From Pocillopora damicornis (taxonomy: Eukaryota): a stretch of 64,000 bases of DNA. Every line of letters begins with the position of its first letter. Position 1 is the first letter of the stretch. Location of the stretch: assembly GCF_003704095.1 (NCBI RefSeq), contig NW_020846494.1:62001-126000 (forward strand). Direction: 5' to 3'. Shown one piece after another: positions 58,301 through 64,000 of this stretch. The notes under the pieces are model-generated. The model was not told the DNA's origin. It did no database searches and worked only from the letters and a program-made list of their open reading frames with translations. The translations under genes were made by a program, and so were the position numbers.

Positions 58301-61300
58301 CAAATAAAGAATTTCTTCCATGTTCATAGTTGCCATCTGAGTGAGAGTCGCCATGGACCATTCAGAGGCCTATTAAATGAAGATTACACAGCTGCACATT
58401 ATCCATTTGAAATTTTGCACAAAAATTAAGGTGAAAGGACCGAGCTTCAAATTCTCGTGTAAAATAGTTACTTAAATGAACTATAACTTTAGTTGTTTAC
58501 CAGAGCCTCAACCGATACTTTTGGAAAAAAAGGGTAAAATTTAAGGTTTCTCCTTCCGTAGTGTTATGTTGCAATGGTAGCCTGGTACGACACTCAGAGA
58601 GTTTCTGAGGCTGTTGTAGCTTACAAAGGAGGCACAAACTAGATTGGAAATTTAGTGAAGTGCATTACCTGATCAACCAGTTGGTAAAACTCCATTGAAG
58701 AACTAAGTTGCTGTCTTCTCTGTTCAAGTCTTCTACAAAACTTTCTGTAAACCTCTTCTAAAGATCGCTTCCTCTCCTTTATTCCAATTCCTTCATAATG
58801 GCCTCCTTCCACCATACTGCTTCCTTCCTCGAGCAGATTTTCCACACGGTCACAGTAACACTGTAAACAACAGCAAGAAAGCGGCAAATTAAAACGACAA
58901 ACATATTGCTCTTATTGAGAAAGTGACTAATTGTATCTGCTATCGTTACATTCTGAGGGATCAATCTTACTCAAACTTAAAGGAGACATCTAAATCTTCA
59001 TGATGACCAACCATGTGCAACAACAAACTCTCTAAAATGAAGTAAGAAACAGTGCAACATGCTACAAGATATCTAGCGGTGCACAACCGCACAACCGCAC
59101 AAATAAAAATATTAGACCTGACAAGTACCGTACAATTGCTAAAGACTGATCAATACACCCTCATCAGAACATTAGTCGTACTGTTGTCATCCCTAAACAT
59201 TAAAACTACGATGAATGTCCAATGGTTACGAACTGAAGTCCACAAAAAGTGTCTGTACACTTTACCGTACTGTAATCATAGCAAATTCCACACGTTACAG
59301 TTACAGAAGTTTCCTCCGAGCAGATTGTACACATCATCACTTTCACTGACAACATGGAATCACAAATAAAAACAAATAACATACAAGACGATATTTTCTG
59401 TTAATTTCCGCACGAGTAAATACTGTGGCTAATAAGCAAATCATAACCCTCTCTCAAACCTAGACACTGTCGCTTTCTGGCGACTTGTCTTCAACCTTTA
59501 AGTGTACACTTAAATATCAGTGAGTGTTCTCTTTTAATATGGATGCCTCCTCTTTGTTACCTTAGCTTTATTTTCAAAATTGTCGAACTCTTCTTGAAGT
59601 GTTTTGACGTGCCCAATGGAATCTCCAACCTCGGTATGTTTGTCGAAAAATTGTTCTCCTTTGGTCGATATCCACCCCACTACCTACAAAAAAATGGAAT
59701 GTTACAGAGAAGAGCCACTGTTTCAAAAAATCAGGTAACAAGTTCGCTCTTTTTCAAGAAGTGGCACGGAACAGGAAAGTACTGTGGAAATGAAACTGTA
59801 ACCTCTTCGTACAAATTCAGTATATCATACAACAAAATGGTTACGAGGAGCTGTCTTGATACACACTAAATTCTCCAAACTAATTTCAAAGAACGTGTGG
59901 CACCAAGAAGAAGAATCAAACACAAAATCTTGAGACTTATAACAGTATTAACAAAATTTAGCGAGCTCAATGCAAAATAACGACAATGGCAAAGTGCGTG
60001 TAATAGCCTGGACACGAGTTTCACAACTTCACGTTCACGACGCAAGCGGACGTGCTTGTAAAGAGATCGTGACGTCATTTACACTATTGACGTAAACACC
60101 AGTTCACAACGTTAAGACAAATCGAACGGTTTTGCTAGCACTTTTGTTGCAACCTCGTGTGGTTGATGCTTTGTTTCGTAAATTTTCCATTGAATAATGT
60201 TAACTTTCTGCTTGGAAAATAACGGTCGGGAATTTGCTGTGCTTACGAACTTTCACAATAATTTCAAAACCTCACACTTGTAAGAACAACCTCATTGCCA
60301 ACTCCCTTCACCCATTAAGAAAATAAACAAAAACAACTTTGAGTGTGGGAAGAAGGCTGATGTCTCAATATCCTTATATACATATACACCTTCCATACCT
60401 CTTCCATGTCTTTTTCAAATTCTTTCAAGGCCAGACACTGTTCTAATCTCCTTGTTCTGTTTTCCGTCAACATCTCTAGTCTACAAAACACTTCATTCAT
60501 CTGATGGTAGAGTTTAGTGACACAGTTCACAGTTTCGATGTAATCTGGTACTTTCGGTAACGACGCCTCATCTTCTTGTAGTCTGATTAAGATCTGTTCC
60601 CCCTCAACTTGTAAAGCTGACAATCTACTGTCTTCAAACACGTCCTTGATCTTCTGATGATGTTGTTCTAGTAAATCTTTGCACTCTTGAATGTTTTCTC
60701 CCAGCGTGCTGCTTGTGAATTGTTGCATGACGCCCATAGCCAGTTTAGCAGCACTCCTACATCCAGTCATGAACGGTTCAAGTTTCTGAAACACGAAAAC
60801 CGTGTTATTCTCAAAGCATACCTCTGAAACAAACCTCTCTTTCCCTTGCGTCAGAAAGTGCCTCCTTGCGCCTAAATTTGGGGAGATATTTAGCGGTATT
60901 TTACTCTCTTCCGAGTGTTTTGAAAGTTGAGCGCTGAATAGAAGTACAACGGTAGCTTAACTGTCGCGAACAATTGATACTGTGAACAAGTTGAGTTAAA
61001 TTCATAGGAAGTCGGCTTTTGGACGCTCAGCTAAGCTCTCAGTGTTGCGGTTTGTAGCAGGGTGATACAAAGGATGGATATTGGTAAGAACAAAGAAATC
61101 ATTTTTTCAAAACGGCAATACACCCCGCACAATTAGATCTCAATTAAGACGCGGTATTCCTTTAATTTGCAAAGGAATTTAAAGTTATTGCCATATCGAG
61201 ATATTATGCATGTGCAATTGACTGTTCAAGTAACTTCACGAAATTAGTAGAAAGCTGCAAAGAAGAAATCGTATTATTTTTTCAATGAGTTTTTCTTGTC

Positions 61301-63019
61301 AAATGACACAAACAGCATATAACTCCAAAGATTAAAAACCTGGGATTAATCTCTTTGAAATGATACAAGTTCCGAAAGGAAATAAAAAATATCAAAGACT
61401 GCGAAAATTACGTGAGCTTAAGCTTCTGTGTACAAATTCTGTTCAGATGAATCTTTTGCCTTTAAAAACAATATTCTGGATTTAAGCTTCCACACTAAAA
61501 GACGCTGTGTGAGAAGAATTTGCCGTCTGTACATGTACGACTTGAAATCTACTTTTATACGATGTGGATGCGGAATTAATTCCTTCACCAGCTAACAGCT
61601 TCAATTTTGCTTCGAACATCTTAGGTCGTTGAAGCTTTCATTTTTCGTGCCTACTGACTTTTGTACTTCTAATTAATAGACCTATTTTTAAACCGTCCTT
61701 ATTCCAAAAATACTCATGAATTGAACAACTTTCAACAATGAAAGTCAGTGAAGCAAGTAAGCGGAATATTTAGTCTTGGAACAAAGACCGCGAGAAAAAC
61801 CGACCTCCTCAGAGAAAATGGAATGATCCAAAAAATGGATCAGCATTGATACAAGCCAAGGGGCAAATTAGGAAGTATTTTAGACCAGGATCTTTTTAAC
61901 TGTCCAACATCACAAAATTTGTTCGTCGACGAATATATCATCTTATTTCTGAAGTAAAGTCTATTTGTATTACGCGAGTCAAATCACAGGTTGTAAAGAC
62001 AGACGAGTTTACTCCAGCTTACAGGAAATACAACAATACACACACACTTATACCGGTACACAGAAGTTGAATAGAGTGCACCGTTAATAGAATGCCATAT
62101 CCGCAGTGGATTTTTTCTAGAAAATCATTAGCATAACACAACCGAAGAATATCTAGCGTTTCCTGTCTTATTGTTCGTGACATAAGACGGGTTTAATATG
62201 TGAGAATTCCTTCACTAAAAAGGCAGAGTTATTTACCGCAAGAATAATAGTTAATTGGAACAAATTAATCTAAAATTAATTCTTGTCATAGTGTAACTTC
62301 ACCGTTAAGAATCAATTTCCTTCTTTCGTCAAATTGCCTAGAAAGAGGCATTATGTTAAGGTATTCATACAGCATCTTGACACCGAAATTCGTATTCCTC
62401 GAGAGGCAGTTAGATATCAAAATTTGACAATGTTGGGACGTCTGAACTGATTCAAACGTTACTTGCACAAAACACGTGTCTATTGACCCACTACGACAAG
62501 TTGGAACCTGCGCTAAAAATTTGCGAAGTTTCCCCAATAATTTTCAGTCAAATAATGTCTTTCGGCGTGGAGAACAAAAAGCATGATTAGTGTTAGTGTG
62601 GTTTACATCGATATTTGTTAGACAGGATTCGTCGCAGATACCAGTTCAAATGTCCAAATATTTATTCTTACTGAGCCAGCTCGACAGACAATCCATTTTC
62701 ATTTCCTCAATGCGAGTCATTTTCTTAAGGAAGGCACGTGCAACTTACTCTTGAAGTGTCAATTCTACAGTCGTTAAATTGTGGCGCCCTTTAATGAAAG
62801 TGGACAGATTGCGCTGCAAGTAAAACTATCTTAGGACGTCAGGTCAAAATCTAAAGAATTGCCCCAAGTTGACGGAGAGTTACGATAACGAGTAAAACTT
62901 ACTATTCTAAATCTGATCCACTCGTCGTGATCATAATTGAAGACTCCACCAAACTCAGGTGTAAGCTGTGTCCGGTCGATGTAAGACTTGAGTTCATCTA
63001 CTGTTGTTATGAGCTTGAA
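52377..63019 (-). CDS. PLEKHG4: PLEKHG4/PLEKHG4B (puratrophin-1)-like RhoGEF: end of SEC14/CRAL-TRIO, spectrin repeats, DH, PH, Ser-rich tail (5'-partial)
   Basis: Exons in transcript order: 63019-62903, 60785-60399, 59683-59561, 58860-58669, 58369-58082, 57533-57318, 57210-57158, 56910-56835, 56709-56606, 56445-56376, 56164-56075, 55741-55649, 55248-55198, 55084-55007, 54450-54280, 53969-53871, 53632-53554, 53257-52377. Motifs: [90 protein letters not shown]. The extreme C-terminus is uncertain; a further exon may start at ~51924. Confidence 0.9.
54705..54865 (+). mobile_element. Degenerate tRNA-SINE-like remnant
   Basis: GGTCCGAGTTTGCACCCT..GGTCATTGCACTGTAATCTTTGGCAAGACTATTTACT..CTCTCTCCGCCCTGGAGTA resembles the reverse complement of 55400-55520 and the sequence following the tRNA-like head at 31335. 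Confidence 0.5.
55355..55520 (-). mobile_element. Degenerate tRNA-SINE-like remnant
   Basis: Reverse complement reads ..CTGGACTCGGGTGGAGAGGTCAAAGTTCGAAAT..GGTCCATTGTGTTGGGTTTTTGGGGCAAAACACTTAACTCTCAGTGCCT.., a B-box-like GTTCGAA followed by a SINE core. Confidence 0.55.
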
Positions 63020-64000
63020 CTGAAAAGACAATACAGCTGTTATTAAACAATGCTACAGATAGTATGTCTAGAGTGAGTTAATATCACAAACATGGCCAAC
63101 TGAACAAAGGAATGGAAGATAGACTCTACCAAAATACACCCCACTTACAATAGGAGCACAGTCTTTCAACGTAAAGTAAATCTATTTTGGCTCGAGTAAG
63201 AGGCCGTTAGGGTCAACTAAATAGTGAAGGGAGATTGATAACCACAAAATCAAGGGAAATACTCTGCGGATTTAGTAAAGACTACATCTGTGAGATGTAT
63301 TTACATATCAACTTTGCCAGGAGAGAGGGATACTGACACACGAATCCCTGAAGAAAAGGAAAACATCTTAAAAAAAAAAAAAGGTTATGTGGCTCGCTTG
63401 CTGTGTATCAATATGCATTTATTTCTACTTTGTGTGCATCGCATACTTTGAAAGCCAAACTCACCAACTTTCTGCTACATTAACCATAAGGAATGAATTA
63501 ATATTAAAACCGAACGAGTCCTAAAACTTTAAAACAACTCTTCAACTACACTACAAGTGTGAAGTTAGTGATTAGCATTAAATAAGTACTTGATATAACG
63601 ACATGACTTCAATTATCCATATCAGAATGAGCAGGATAATTGTAGAATAATAAAGTTTTCCTGACAATTAATACGAAAATCAGGAAATGAATGAGGGAAA
63701 TCTAGGTGGAGGTATAAAGTTACGCATGAAAATACCGAGTTACTTTATTTCCTGTAAACTAATATCAAAATTTGAGGACGAAAAAGATGACGAACCACAA
63801 AGTAAATTTTTGTAACTAATACAAGTTTAGTCCTCTTTAATAGCGATTGTGCAAGCTTTCATTGACCTTCTAAAATCTAGTTCAATTTAGTTTATAGAAA
63901 ATTCATCGGTGAGTTTTGAGAGGACACTAGGTACTACTAGCAATTAATCACACGCGGGATAGTTCATGGGCCAACATGGCTTTTTATGTCGTCCACTACT

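Overview
AT-rich, intron-dense animal genomic DNA, probably a stony coral or related anthozoan (my inference from the protein sequences and repeat families). There are three assembly gaps (28794-28893, 30654-30753, 50522-51001). Five protein-coding genes can be rebuilt by hand with consistent splice phases: (1) phospholipase C-gamma (+, 36 exons, 610-23687, 5' end outside the window); (2) intronless TMEM70 (-); (3) ZC3H18 (+, 14 coding exons, head-to-head with TMEM70); (4) an unnamed ~175-aa single-pass Sel1-repeat protein (+, 5 exons); (5) a PLEKHG4/puratrophin-like SEC14-spectrin-DH-PH RhoGEF (-, 18 exons, 5' end outside the window). Repeats include two inverted copies of a CR1/L2-group LINE bracketing ZC3H18, an older L2 fragment, several MITEs and foldback elements, SINE remnants and minisatellites. 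The best-supported unusual features are a U12 (minor spliceosome) intron and a GC-AG intron in PLC-gamma, a ~19-aa acidic insertion in the cSH2 phosphate-binding loop, a degenerate 2A/StopGo-like peptide at the N-terminus of the LINE ORF, and a Helentron-like element carrying a tRNA-Gln-like sequence. More speculative are several frame-preserving microexon candidates and a possible alternative ATG exon in the long PLC-gamma introns. I found no prokaryote-type system (CRISPR, operon, defence island), and I cannot establish a wholly new system from sequence alone.
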